Shown: piece by piece, positions 1 to 13,030 of the stretch | Layout of the letters: each line of letters opens with the position of its first letter | Position numbering within the stretch: position 1 is the stretch's first letter | Source of the DNA: Mobula hypostoma | Lineage: Eukaryota | Direction of reading: 5' to 3' | Assembly: GCF_963921235.1 (NCBI RefSeq) | Contig: NC_086106.1 | Location: 19,530,001-19,594,000, forward strand | Length of the DNA: 64,000 nucleotides | The notes under the pieces: model-generated | Database searches by the model: none | Told to the model about the DNA's origin: nothing | Seen by the model: only the letters and a program-made list of their open reading frames with translations | Position numbers and translations under genes: made by a program

Positions 1-13
1 GTACATTTAGAGG

Positions 14-19
14 TTTATT
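14..19 (-). terminator. Candidate polyA signal of the membrane-form transcript
   Basis: AATAAA about 125 nt after the candidate TM2 stop. Confidence 0.35.
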
Positions 20-144
20 TCCTGAAATGAGCAGTTGCAGTGCAGTAGCCTCGGATTGCCCAGTGAGTGAGATGGAGACTCCATTTCCAAACATCGCAGC
101 CACACGGGGATCTCATGACTGAATGTGGGGCGTGTGTCTGCTGG

Positions 145-156
145 TCACTGCTGAAC
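145..156 (-). CDS. Candidate TM2 exon (VQQ*)
   Basis: Pyrimidine-rich acceptor CTCTCCTGTCTATATTTCAG|GTT CAG CAG TGA in unique sequence; phase 0 matches TM1; AATAAA at 14-19. Confidence 0.4.
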   Translation of the reverse strand, partial: VQQ

Positions 157-363
157 CTGAAATATAGACAGGAGAGTATGATATTGTGTGACAAGGTGCA
201 GCACAGACCTTAACCTGTGAGGACATCTCATTCCAGGAGATGAAACCCCATGAAGAGGTGTCTGTCAGTATTCATCAAAATCAACCAGAAACAAGAATCT
301 GAATACCAGTTGGGAACTTTACAGTGATCCACAATTGGGTGAATGTTTTAGTTCCTGAGTAAA

Positions 364-1285
364 ACCATAAGAGACGGGAGCAGAATTTGGCCATTTGGAC
401 CTTCGAGTCGGCTCCAGCATTTCATCTTGACTGATCCAATTTCCCTCTCAGCCCCAGTCACCTGCCTTTTCCCAGTATCCCTTCATGTCCTGATTAATCA
501 AGAATCTACCATCCTGTTCCTTAAATATACCCAGTGACTTGGGCACCACAGTTGCCTGTGGCAACAAATTACACAGATTCACCCCTCTCTGGCAAAAGAA
601 TTTCCTCCTCATCTCTGTTCTAAATGGACGACCCTCTAGTCTGAGGCTGTGTCCTCTGGTCCTAGACTCTCCCACCTGAGGAAACATTCTCTTCACATCC
701 ACTCTGCTGAGGAATTTCAACATTCGATAGATTTCAATGAGATATCCCCCTCATTCTTGTGAATTCCAGTGAATACAGACCTGAGCCATCAAACATTTCT
801 CATATGATAAGCCTTTCAATCCCAGAACCATTTTGTTAAACTCCTTTGAACCCTCATCAATGTCAGCATATCCTTTCTTAGATAAGGTGCCCAGAACTGT
901 TCACTGTACTACAATTGAGACCTCACCAGTGCCGTCTAAAAACTGAACATTACAGCCTTGCTTTCATATTTCAGTCCTTTCGAAATGAATTCAACAGACT
1001 CATCTTGCAAATTAACCTGAATGGAATCCTGCACAAGGACTCCGAAGGCCCTTTGGACCTCAGATTTCTGAATTTTATCCCCATTTAGAAAGTAGTCTAT
1101 GCTTTTATTTCTTCTCCCAAAGTGTAGGATCATTCACTTCCCAACACTTTATCATATCTGCCACTCTATTGCCTATTCTCCAAATCTGTCCACGTATTTC
1201 TGTAGCCACTCTGCTTTCTGAACTCGATCTGCCCTTCCACCTCTCTCAGTATCATCCACAAACTTGGCCCTAAAAGCCATCAATT
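364..1285 (-). mobile_element. CR1 LINE 3' fragment
   Basis: Degenerate ORF2 C-terminal motifs (HFG..N...Y.LNG; RGHSLRL; FF.QR.VNLWN) and a CR1-type 3' tail. Confidence 0.8.
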
Positions 1286-1289
1286 TTGT

Positions 1290-2540
1290 AATCCAAATGA
1301 AAGTTGACGAGGATAAAGCGGTGAATGTTATCTATATGGACTTCAGTAAGGCCTTTGACAAGGTTCCACACGGAAAGTTAGTTAGGAAGGTTCAATTGTT
1401 CGGTATTAGTATTGAAGTGGTAAAATGGATTTGGATGGGAGACGCCAGAGAGTACTGGTGGATAACTGTTTGTCAGATTGGAGGCTGGTGACTAGTGGTG
1501 TACCTCAGGGATCTGTACTGGGTCCAATGTTGTTTCTCATACATACTAATGATCCGGATGATGGGGTGGTAAATTGGATTGGTAAGTATGCAGATGATAC
1601 TCAGATCGGTGGAGTTGTGGATAATGAAGTAGGTTTTCAAAGCTTGCAGAGAGATTTAGACCACTTAAGAGTGGGCTGAAAGGTGGCAGATGAAGTTTAA
1701 TGCTGATAAATGTGAGGTGCTGCATTTTGGAAGGACTAATCAAAATAGGGCATACATGGTAAATGGTAGGGCATTGAAGAAAGCAGTAGAACAGAGGGAT
1801 CTGGGAATAATGGTGCATAGTTCCCTGAAGGTGAAATCTCATGTGGATAAGGTGGTGAAGAAAGCTTTTGGTATGCTGGCCTTTATAAATCAGAGCAGTG
1901 AGTATAGGAGTTGGGATGTAATGTTGAAATTGTACAAGGCATTGGTAAGGCTAAATGTGGAGTATTGTGTACAGTTCTGGTCACCGAATTATAGGAAAGA
2001 TGTCAACAAAATTGAGAGAGTACAGAGAAGATTTACTAGAATGTTACTAAATTTTCTATGTTTCTATGTTTCTATGTTACCTGGGTTTCTTCTCCTAAAT
2101 TACAGAGAAAGGTTGAACAAGTTGGGTCTTTATTCTTTGAAGCATAGCAGATTGAGGGGGGACTTGATAGAGGTATTTAAAATTATGAGGGGGATAGATA
2201 GAGTTGACGTGGATAGGCTTTTTCCATTGAGAGTGGGGGAGATTCAAACAAGAGGACATGAGTTGAGAGTTAAAGGGCAAAAGTTTAGGGGTAACATGAG
2301 GGGGAACTTCTTGACTCTTGAGAGTGGTAGCTGTGGTAGAACAAACTTCCAACACAAGTGGTTGAGGCAGGTTTGGTGTTGTCATTTAAAGTTAAATTGG
2401 ATAGCTATATGGACAGGAAAGGAATGGAGGGTTATGGGCTGAGTGCAGGTCGGAGGGACTAGGTGAGAGTAAGAGTTCGGCACGGACCAGAAGGGCCGAG
2501 ATGGCCTGCTTCCGTGCTGTAATTGTTATATGGTTATTAA
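1290..2540 (+). mobile_element. CR1 LINE RT/3' fragment
   Basis: YMDFSKAFDKVPH, SGVPQGSVLGP, KYADD, MKFNADKCEVLHFG, RGHELR, with frameshifts. Confidence 0.92.
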
Positions 2541-2679
2541 CATTTTACATGAAAAGATGTGGTTTCAACACAGCAGCTAACCAGAAAATGCACCCTTTAT
2601 TCCTACTCTGTGCCTCCTACCAATCAGAGAATGTTCTATCCATGCTAGTATCTCTCCTGTAGAATCTTGGGGTGTTTGG

Positions 2680-2830
2680 CAATACACACAGAATGCTGGA
2701 GGAGTTCAGGAGGCCTGGTAGCAACTATGAAAAAGAGTAAACCGTCAAAGTTTCAGACTGATGAAAGGTCTTGGCCTAAATCATCGTTTGTTTACTCTTT
2801 TCCATAGACGCTGCCTGGTGTTATCCTGCC
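2680..2830. repeat. Penelope-like terminal hairpin fused to CR1 linker sequence
   Basis: CACACA.AATGCTGGAGGA...TGATGAAAGGTCTTGGCC...GCTGCCTGG with an internal inverted repeat (CTATGAAAAAGAGTAAAC / GTTTACTCTTTTCCATAG). Related ends occur at 10470-10560, 22725-22870 and 42530-42700. The Penelope assignment is from memory of such termini. Confidence 0.5.
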
Positions 2831-3479
2831 TTTCGAATATTTCTTCTTTGGGATGCATCTATATTGTGTCTTTCAAATTGCTTCCAGGATCTCCAGCCAT
2901 TTCTGCTCTGCTATCATCCCTGCTCGTGTCCCATTCCAATCAATTTCGGCTATCTGCTCTCTCATACCTCCGTCATTCCCTTTACTCCACTTTAATACTG
3001 ACTTTAGATTCTCCTTTTCAAATTAATACTAGTGTGAATTACATCATATTATGATCATTGGCTCCCGAGCGTTCCCTTACCTTAAACTCTCCACTCTATT
3101 CTGGTTCATTGCACCACACCCAATTCAGAATATCTAATTGCCGAGTGGGCTCATTCACCACCTACTCTTCAAAAAAAAACTCGTAGGCATTCTACAAATT
3201 CTTTCCTTTGGGATGCGGCACCAAAATAATTTACTACAGCATGGGCCATTTAGCCCACACTGTTGTGCCAAAACACCGATAAAGGAAATCAAAAACACCC
3301 AACATCAATCCCTCCCACCTACTCCATGTCAATATCCCCTGTTCTTCCCTACATCCACTTGCCTATCCAAACATCTCTAATGTATTTGCCTCTACCACCA
3401 CAGCAGGCAACACATTCCAGCCATCCTCCACTCTCTGATTATAAAACTCTGCCCTCATATCCCCTTGGACCTACCCGCC

Positions 3480-5265
3480 TCACCTAAAATTCATTCCCTC
3501 TGGTAATACATATTTCAACCCTGGGACAGAGATACTCTCTGTCCAGCGTATCTTTGTCTCTCATAATCTTGCAAACCTCTATCAGAACCACCCCCCCCAC
3601 CTCAGCCTCCAAAACGCTCCAGAGAAAACAACCCAAGTTTATGTGGACTCTCCTGATTGCATGTTCCCTCGAAACCAGGCAGCATCCTGGCAAACCTCTT
3701 CTACACCCTCTCCAAAGCCTCAACATCCTTCCAATAGTGGGGCAACCAGAACTTCAGTCTGATCTAACCTGAGTTTTATAAAAGTTGCAACATAACCTGA
3801 CTTTTGAACTCAGTGCCTCGAATATTAAAAAAAAGGCATTCTTTAAACCTTGTTAACCATCTTATTGACCTGTGTAGCCACTTTCAAGGAGTATGAACTT
3901 GGATCCCAAGATTTCTCTGCTCAACAACACTGTAAAAGACCTTATTCTTAAAAATGTACTGTCTCTTTTCATTTGCCCCACCCGGGGTGTGACACCTCGC
4001 ATCTATCTAGATTAAACTCCATCTGCCATTTCTCAGTCCATATCTGCAGGTGATCAATGTTGTGCTGTATTGTTTGCCAGTCTTCTACACTGTCAACAAC
4101 TCCACCATTCTTGGTACCATTCACAAATTTACTAACTCACCCATCCGCAGTTTCATCCAGATCATCTATATCGATTACGAACAGCAGAAGTCCCAGCACA
4201 GATACCTACGGAACTCCACTAATTACAGACCTCCAGCTTGAACAAGTCCCCAAAATCATCACCATCTGTCTTCTATGTGCGACCATTTTGAATCCAAACA
4301 GCTGGTTTGCCACGGATCCCATGCATCTTAATCTTCTGGATTAGCCTCCCACGGGGCACTTTGTCAAATGTCATTCTAAAATCCATGTAGTCAACAACTA
4401 CTGCCCCACCCTCATCAATCTGTCTTGTCACCTTGTCAAAAAACTCTATCAAGTTGTAAGTGCCGACCTGCCACGCATAAAGCCATGCTGTCTCTCCCGA
4501 AATTATGTCATGGCTTTCCAAATGCTCAGATATCCTATCCTTGTGATTTTTATTGGACAATTTCCCTTCAATTGAAGTGAGATTTACTGGTCCATAGTTC
4601 CCAGAATTTTCCCATGTTCCCTTCTTAAATTAATGAGAGAGGACACAAAGATTCTGGTCAAGGGCCCAGCAAGCTCACCTTTTGCATCCTTCAAAAACCT
4701 GGAGTAAATCCCATCTGGCCCTGAGGATTTATCCATCTTAATCCTGATTAGGAGGCCCAACACTTCCTTGTCCTTGACCTCTAAATACCCTATTGTAATT
4801 ATATACTCAGCACTGATCTCTTGATCCTCCATATCCTTTTCCTTCGTAAATACTGAACCAAAGTACTCACTTGGCACCTCACTCACATTCTCTGCATTCA
4901 AGTAACTGCTCCCCCGCCCCACTTATCCTTGAGTGGTCCCACCCTCTCCTGAGTTATCGTCTTACTCTTGGTGTCTGTATAAAATGCCCTGAGATTCACC
5001 TTAATCCCACTTGCCAAGGACTTTTCATGGCCCTTCCTGGCTTTCCTCATTCCCATTAGTTCCTTTCTCTTTTCTTTACACTCCTCATGTGCTTCCTTTG
5101 ATCCGAACATCTGAATCTTTACATACTTCTTCTTTTCCTTCTTGACTAAATTCATCACCTCTCTGGATATCCAAGGTTCTCTTATATTTCCATCCCCATC
5201 CTGCCTTCGAACAGGTTCATACCTTTCCTGTACTGTGTGCAATTGCTCTTTAAACACCCTCCATT
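3480..5265 (-). mobile_element. CR1 LINE ORF2 fragment (degenerate)
   Basis: KSSGPDGIY, DFRMTFDKVP, DPWISREV motifs across broken ORFs. Confidence 0.8.
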
Positions 5266-8200
5266 CTTTAAGAAGGGAGGAAGGCAAAATAAAGGAAATT
5301 ATAGGAGAGTTAGCCAAAACTCAGTGGTTGGGAAGTATTGAAGTCTCTTTCTTTAGGATGAGGTTTTGGTGTATTTGCAGACGAATGACAACATATGTCA
5401 AAGTCAGCGTAGTTTCTGCAATGGGAAATCTTGCCTGACAAATCTGTTAGAGTTCTTTGAGGAAATAACAAGCAGGCTGGACAAAGGAGAGGCAGTGAAT
5501 GTTATTTACTTGGATTTTGAAAAGTTATTTGATAAGGAGCAACACATGAGGCTGCTTTACAAGATAAAATTGAATGGCATTACAGCAGAGATATTGGCAT
5601 GGACAGAAGAATGGCTGGCAGGAGGCAGAAAGTGGAAATAAACAGGGCCTTCTCTGGTTGGTTGCCGTTGACTAGTGGTGTTCCTCAGGGGTCAGTATTG
5701 AGCGCTACTTTTCACATTGTTTGGTTATGATTCAGATAATGGAATTAATGGCTTTGTGGCAAAGTTTGTGGATGATACAAAGATAGCTGGAGGGGTAGGT
5801 GGTGCTGAGGAAGCAATGCAATTGCAGTACAACTTAGATAAATTGGAAGAATGGGCAAAAAGTGGCAGATGGATTACAATCTTGGGAAATACATGATAAT
5901 GCATTTAGGTAAATCCTTTATTCTCTATACTTTATGGTACTTTACACTTTATTGTCGCCAAACAGTTGGTACTAGAACGTACAATCATCACAGCGATATT
6001 TGATTCTGCGCTTCCCACTCCCTGGATTACAAATATTAAATATTACAAATAGTAAAAATTGGTAAATATTAAAAATTTAGATTATAAATCATAAATAGAA
6101 AATAGAAAATTGGAAAGTAAGGTAGTGCAAAAAAACTGAGAGGCAGGTCCGGATATTTGGAGGGTATGGCCCAGATCCGGGTCAGGATCCGTTCAGCAGT
6201 CTTAACACAGTTGGAAAGAAGCTGTTCCCAAATCTGGCCGTAGGAGTCTTCAAGCTCTTGAGCCTTCTCCTGGAGGGAAGAGGGATGAAAAGTATGTTGG
6301 CTGGGTGGGTCATGTCCTTGATTATCCTGGCAGCACTGCTCCGACAACGTGCGGTGTAAAGTGAGTCCACGGACGGAAGATTGGTTTCTGTGATGTGCTG
6401 CGCCGTGTTCACGATCTTCTGCAGCTTCTTCCGGTCTTGAACAGGACAACTTCCATACCAGGTTGTGATGCACCCCAGAAGAATGCTTTCTACGGTGCAT
6501 CTATAAAAATTAGTGAGGGTTTTAGAGGACAGGCCAAATTTCTTTTGTTTTCTCAGGAAGTAAAGGCACTGTTGGGCCTTATTGGCAGTGGACTCTGCTT
6601 GGCTGGACCAAGTCAGGTCATTTGTGATATTGACCTCGAGGAACTTAAAGCTTTTGACCTGTTCCACTTGTGCACCATCGATGTAAATTGGGTCGTGCGG
6701 TCTGCTACTCCTTCTGAAGTCAACAACCAATTCCTTCGTCTTGCTGATGCTGAGGGATAAGTTATTGTCTTCGCACCATGCCACCAGGTTCTTAATTTCT
6801 TTCTGTACTCAAACTCATCATTACCGGAGATACGGCCTACAATTGTTGTGTCATCAGCAAACTTATATATTGAGCTTGATGGAAACATGGCTACAGAATA
6901 ATGGGTGTACAGTGAGTACAGCAGGGGGCTGAGTACACAGTCTTGTTGGGCACCGTTGCTCAGAGTGATTGTAGAGGAGAGCTTGTCCCGTATTTTTACA
7001 GCCTGGGTCCTGTCTATGAGGAAGCTGAAGATCCAGCTGCAGATCGGAATGCTAAGGCCCAGGTTCCGGAGTTTAAGAACCAGTTTATTTGGAATGATGG
7101 TATTAAAGGCAGAGCTGTAGTCAATGAAAAGGAGCCTTACGTATGCGTCTTTATTCTCCAGGTGATCTGAGGAGGAATGTAGGGCCAGAGAGATGGCATC
7201 TGCCGTTGACCTGTTGCTCCGGTAGGTGAATTGCAAAGCGTCGAGGTTGACCGGTAGGCTGTGGTTGATGTGTGCCATAATCAATCTCTCGAAGCACTTC
7301 ATAGCAATTGATGTCAGAGCCACAGGTTGATAGTCATTCAGGCATGCCACCTTGCTCTTCTTCGGCACTGGGATTATCGTTGTCTTCTTAAAACACGAAG
7401 GGATCTTAGACTGAAGCAAGGAGCAGTTGAAGATGTCAGCAAACATTCCAGCGAGCTCGCTTGCACAGGCCTGGAGAACCCGTCCTGGGACACCATCTGG
7501 GCCCGTCACCTTCCTTGGATTTATCTTCAGGAAGGCCCTTCTAACGTCCTCCTCAGTGATGATGAATATCGATGACACCAGGTCCAGTTCATCCGGAGGG
7601 AGCGGGACGCTCCTCTTCTGTTCGAATCTTGCGTAGAATATGTTAAGTTCATCAGGAAGAGAAGTGCCAGATTTATTGATATTCCCAGCCTTTTCTTTGC
7701 ACCCAGTGATCTCATTTAGACCCTGCCATAGTCTACTGGCATGTCTTTGGTTAGCCTGGGCTCGATATTGCCTCTTGGCGCCCTTAATGGCTTTCCAGAG
7801 TTCACGCCTGGATTCCGTGTAGCGACTGGTATCCCCAGACCTAAAAGCCGAAGCTCTAGCCTTTAAAAGGGACTTGACCTCCTCATTCATCCAAGGTTTC
7901 CGGTTAGGGAATACCCGGATCATCTTGCGAGACACACAGTCCTCCGTGCATTTCCATATAAAGTCCGTGACAGCTGAGGCATACTCATGGAGGTTAGCTG
8001 CCGAGTCCATGAATACTAACCAGTCCACCGATTCAAAGCAGTCACGGAGGACCTCACCTGTTTCCTCCGTCCAACGCGACACTACTTTTGACAGCGTGAA
8101 CTCCCGCTTCAGTTTCTGTTTGTAAGCCGGGAGGAGGAGTACGGCCTGATGGTCCGATTTTCCGAAGTGAGGTCGTGGTGCTCGGACACTGTGGCACTGA

Positions 8201-10400
8201 CAAGCTCCCGCAGCCCGGACCTGGAACACCTGTCGGTGAAGTGTCGTCCCTACTATCTGCCACGGGAATTCACTGTGTAACAGTGGTCAAGTATATTCGG
8301 GCCTGCAGTGGGGCAGGAGACATGTTGGTATAACTTTGGCATCGCATTTCTGAGGCTGGCCCAGTTAAAGTCCCCAGCCGTAATGGTAAAGCCTCCGGAT
8401 ACCTGGTCTCAAGTTCACTGATGTTGGCATACAGTATGCTCAGAGCACACTCCACGTACGCCTGGGGGGGAATGTAGACCGCTGTCAGTATGACCGAGGT
8501 GAATTCCCGTGGCAGATAGTTGGGACGACACTTCATCGACAGGTGTTCCAGGTCTGGGCCGCAGGAGCTTGTTAGTGCCACTGTGTCCGAGCACCACGCA
8601 GTGTTGATCAGTAGGCAGACACCACCTCCCCTCGGCTTGCCGGAAGATGTCGTGCGGTCCATCCGATAGATCGAAAACCCCTCCGGTCAGATGGCACAGT
8701 TGGGGGTGGCAGGGGAGAGCCAGGTCTCAGTGAAACAGAATACACAGCAGTTCTGCATCTCCCTGCAGTAGGTGAGTCTCCCTTTAAGATCATCCACCTT
8801 GTTCTCTATGGCTTGCACATTAGCTAGCTGGATGGTGGGCATAGGGACCGTGAAGCCCCTCAGCTTCAATCTGACCAGCAACCCAGCTCTTTTCCCACGC
8901 TTCCTCGGTAAATAGTGCATCTTTCCAGGTTTCCGTCGATGGCAGTGTGTTGTTGTCAGCTCTTTGAGGTCGGTGGACGCGTCCCGCGGGAATCGATCAG
9001 CAGGCCGCGTCGTCGTGCGCTCCGGGTCGGGCCAAGTAACGGGGGAGGCTCCGCTGCCACTTCCAGCTGCCGGGGACCTGGGCTGTCGATTGGGTCGGGC
9101 CCCGAAGCCGACACTTAATCCCAGAGGGCCGGGCTCCTGGCTGAAACGAGTCCGTAAACTGAGCCACGGCTGCGGAGCCTCCGCTCCAGCCGAGCCTCGG
9201 GCTCGATTTCCGAGGTCGGCGGCGGAGGCCTCACTTCCAGCAGCTGTGGATGGCCACCAACAGGGCTTTACGGTGGTCGCTCCGGGGAAGCGTCTGCGGC
9301 ACCTTGAGGTCTCCGCCGTCACTTCTGTGTGGTCGCCTGCTCCGGAGAGGTGCTGGTCGGAATGGGCCGTGTCTCCAAGTGCTCCGGCACGGTAGCAGAC
9401 CACAGGTCTCCGGGAACGTGGGCGGGTCCAGGTGCGGTCCGGAGTTTAAGAAGCAGGTCTGGCGTGGTGGTCTCCATCTGGGTCAGTAGCTTCGCCAGAG
9501 TGTTGTTGATCTTGATCTTGCTAAAGTGGAGTTTTAGAAGGGTTTCTCGGTTACAGGACAGTGGCGAGGGCCGTTTGCCCGGGAGAGCTCGCCCAAAGTC
9601 ACCGGTTACAGGCGGCATCTTTAACGGATATGGAACAATGGAACAATAGTGCGAACTATTATCTAAATGGGGAAAAGGTTCAAACAACAGAGGTGCAAAG
9701 GGACTTAGGAGTCCTCGTGTAAGGCTCCCAGAAGGTTAATTCACAGGTTGAGTCTGTGGTAGAGAAGGCAAATGCAATATTAGCATTTATTTCAAGGGGA
9801 ATAGAATATAAAAGCAAGGAGATAATGCTGAGGCTTTATAAAGCACTAATCTGGCCACACTTGGAGTATTGTCAACAGTCCTGGGCCCCTTTTCTTAGAA
9901 AGGGTGTGTTTTCATTGGAGAGAGTCACAAGGATGATTCTAGAAATGAAGGGGTTAACATATGAGGAGCATTTGGCAGCTTTGGGCCTGTACTCGCTGGA
10001 ACTTAGAAGAATGCGAACAGATCCCATTGAAACCTACCGAATGTTGATGGGACGAGATAGAGTGGATGTGGAGAGGATGTTTCCTATGGAGGGAGTAAGC
10101 AGAACAAGAGGGCACAGTTTCAAAATTGATGGGTGATCTTTTAGAACAGAGGTAAGGAGGATTTTTTTTAGCCTGAGAATAGTGAATCTGTGGAATGCTC
10201 TGCCACAGACTGCAGTGGAGGCCAATTCTGTGGGTATTTTTAAAGCAGAAGTTGATATTTTCCTGATCAGTCAGGGCATCTGAGGATATGGTGAGAAGGC
10301 AGCTGTATGGGGTTGAGTGGAATCCAGGATGAGCCATGATGGAATGGCAGGGCAACCTTGATGGGCTGAATGGCCTAATACTGCTCCTGTCTCATGGTCT
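5265..10400 (+). mobile_element. CR1 LINE RT/3' fragment split by the Rex1 insertion (5265-5912 and 9650-10400)
   Basis: GKSCLTNLLEFFEE, YLDFEK, KFVDD on the left; the sequence resumes with Y.LNGEK, ANAILAFI, RGHSFKI on the right. Confidence 0.82.
5913..9650 (-). mobile_element. Near-full-length Rex1/Babar-type non-LTR retrotransposon
   Basis: RGKRAGLLVRL, LANVQAIENK, FTETWL, GGGVCL (AP endonuclease); GPDGVP, PVALTS, FIDYSSAFNTI, YKFADD (RT); KFLEVNITNDLTW. About three frameshifts; CpG-rich 5' part; short-repeat 3' tail near 5915-5960. Confidence 0.88.
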
Positions 10401-10569
10401 TTTGTCTAATGTGGACTTGCCAGAGAAAAGGTGTTCCCAATTAATGCCAATTAGCTCCTCTGTCAGTTAGTCCTGACGAAGGGTCTTGGCCCAAAACGTC
10501 GACTGTACCTCTTCCTAGAGATGCTGCCTGGCCTGCTGCGTTCACCAGCAACTTTGATGTTTGTTCACA

Positions 10570-12260
10570 ATTAACGCTTCTTAGTTCCTGCCTAATGCAC
10601 TTGTAAATTGCCCTGTGTCAATTTAAATCTCTTCCACAAGGACCACACCTATCCTTGTCGATAGCTATCCTGAAAGTTAATGAGTTGTGGTCACGATTCC
10701 CGAACTGTTCACCCACTGAAAGGTCAGTCACCTGGCCAGGCTCCTTCCCCAAAATCAGGTGCAGTATGGCCCCTCCTTTCATTGGACCGTGCACATATTG
10801 ATTTAAGAAACCTACTTAACAAATTCAAACCCATCTGAACCCCTTACATTAAGAAGCCTTCAGAGTTTATATTCGGAAGGTTGAAATCCCCCATGACACC
10901 AACCCTATTATTTTAACACTTTTCTTTAATCTGATTACGTATCTGTTCCTCAATGTCCCAGTGGCTATTAGGGGGTCCATGGTACAATCCCATCAGTGTG
11001 ATTGCACCCTGTCTAACCCTGAGTTTCACCCAAATCGACTCAATTTCTGACCCCTCCATTATGTCTCCTCTGAATGCAGCTGTGATATTGTCCCTGATCA
11101 GGACTGCAACTGCCCACTCCCTTACCTACTCCTCTATCTTTTCTAAAACTCCAAAAACCTGGCACATTAATCACTCATTCCTGCCGCTCTCTCAACCAAG
11201 TTTCAGTAATATCTACAACATCGTAGTTCCATGTACTGATCCATGCTCTAATTTCATCATCCTTACCCATAATAATCCCAGCATTAAAATATACACACTT
11301 CAAGCTATCTGACCCATTCTACCTGTTATTTAAATTTTGCCTTTCAATACTATGCCTGACATCTAACTTCTGGTCAGATCCATCCCCTACCGACCTGGGG
11401 CTCTGGTTCTCAGCCCCCTGAAAAACCACTTTAATTTCTCCCAAGTAGCATCAACAAACCCTGAAGCCAGGATATTGCCCCCCCGCCAGTTCAGGTGCAA
11501 CCCATCCCAATCTTCCTGCATATTGAAATTCCTGAAGGCAGTTTTAACATTGCACTTTTGACATGCATTTTCTATCTCCCATTGTAATTTGTAGACCACA
11601 TCTTTGCTATTCTGTTCACAGGTCTGTATATAACTCCCAGCAGGGTCATTCACCCTTGCAGATTGTTAGCTCTACCCAGAATGATTGGACACTTTCTGAG
11701 AGCCACACCACGCTCACTGCCTACCTGCCTGTCCTTTCAATACAATGTGTATCCTTGGACATTAAGCTCACATCTATAATCTTCTTTCAGCCATGATTCA
11801 CTGATGCCCACAGTGTCATACGTGTCAATCTGTTGCTGTGTTTCAAGTTCATCTAGCTTATTCTATATACCGTGTGCATGCAATTATAACACCTTCAGTC
11901 CTGTGTTCATCACCCTTTTTTGATTTTGTCCTCCTTTTAAATTTCAACTCATCCCATTGACTGCAATTTTGGCCTGTCATCAGCCTCTGCTTGCTAGCAG
12001 TCTCACTACACACTGCCTCTGTTTGTAAACCAACAACTAGATCCTCAGCCCTATCCCTTAATTTCCCATCTCCTGTCAAATTGGTTCAAATCCTTCTGAA
12101 CAGCACAAGCAAACCTGCCCACAAAGATATTTATCCCCCTTGGATTCACACGTAACCCATCCCTTTTGTATCAGTTGTAACTTCCCCAGAAGGGATCCCA
12201 GTGATGCAGAAATCTAAACCCCTGCCCCTGCATCAGTTCCTCAGCTATGCATTCATCTGC
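10570..12260 (-). mobile_element. Rearranged CR1 5'/endonuclease fragments
   Basis: DGLHLN (ORF1 esterase C-terminus) occurs twice flanking APE motifs; same internal junction as 26320-27235. Confidence 0.7.
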
Positions 12261-12399
12261 CAAATCATCCTATTTTTCCAATAACCTGTTGTTCTCGCAA
12301 TACAACTCTTGCTTGATTTTCTTGTTTAAGTTCACAATTTTTGCCCCAAATTCACATTCAGGTTCTTCCACCTTTTGCTTATGAAGACCCAGAAGATCT

Positions 12400-13030
12400 A
12401 ACATATTGATGCAACTTCAAAGAAGGCACAACAGCTGCTATATTCCATTAGGAGCTTGAGGAGATTTGGTATGTCACCCGAAACAATCACAAATTTCGAT
12501 AGATGTAGCATGGAGAGCATTCTAACTGGCTGCATCATGGTCTGGTATGGGGGTGCAGGAGGGAGGGGCTACTGCATGGGATAGAAATAAACTGCAGAGA
12601 GTTGTAAACTCAGTCAGCTCCATCATGGGCACTGGCCTCCGTAGTATCCAGGACACCTTCAAGGAGTGATGCCTCAAAAAGGCAGCGTCCATCATTCGGG
12701 ACCCCCATCACTCAGGTTATGCCTTGTTCTCATTGCCACCATCAGGAAGGAGGTTCAGAAGCAAGAAAGTTCACAGTCAACAATTCAGGGACTTCTTTCC
12801 CTCTGCCATCTGATTTCTGATTGGAAATTGAACCCGTGATCCCTACCTCACTACTGTTTTATTTCTACTTTTGCACTGCTCATTTAATTACATACCTTCA
12901 TATATATACACACACGCACAATAATTCACAGGTTTTTACTCTCTTATTATGCATTGCATTGTACTGTAGCCACAAAGGCAACAAATTTCATGGCCAATGT
13001 CGGTGAGATTAAACCTGATTCTGATATATC
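12400..13030 (+). mobile_element. Rex1/Babar 3' fragment
   Basis: KKAQQLLYSIRSLRRFGMS, ESILTGCI.VWYG, LFSLPPSGRR and a 3' tail. Confidence 0.75.
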
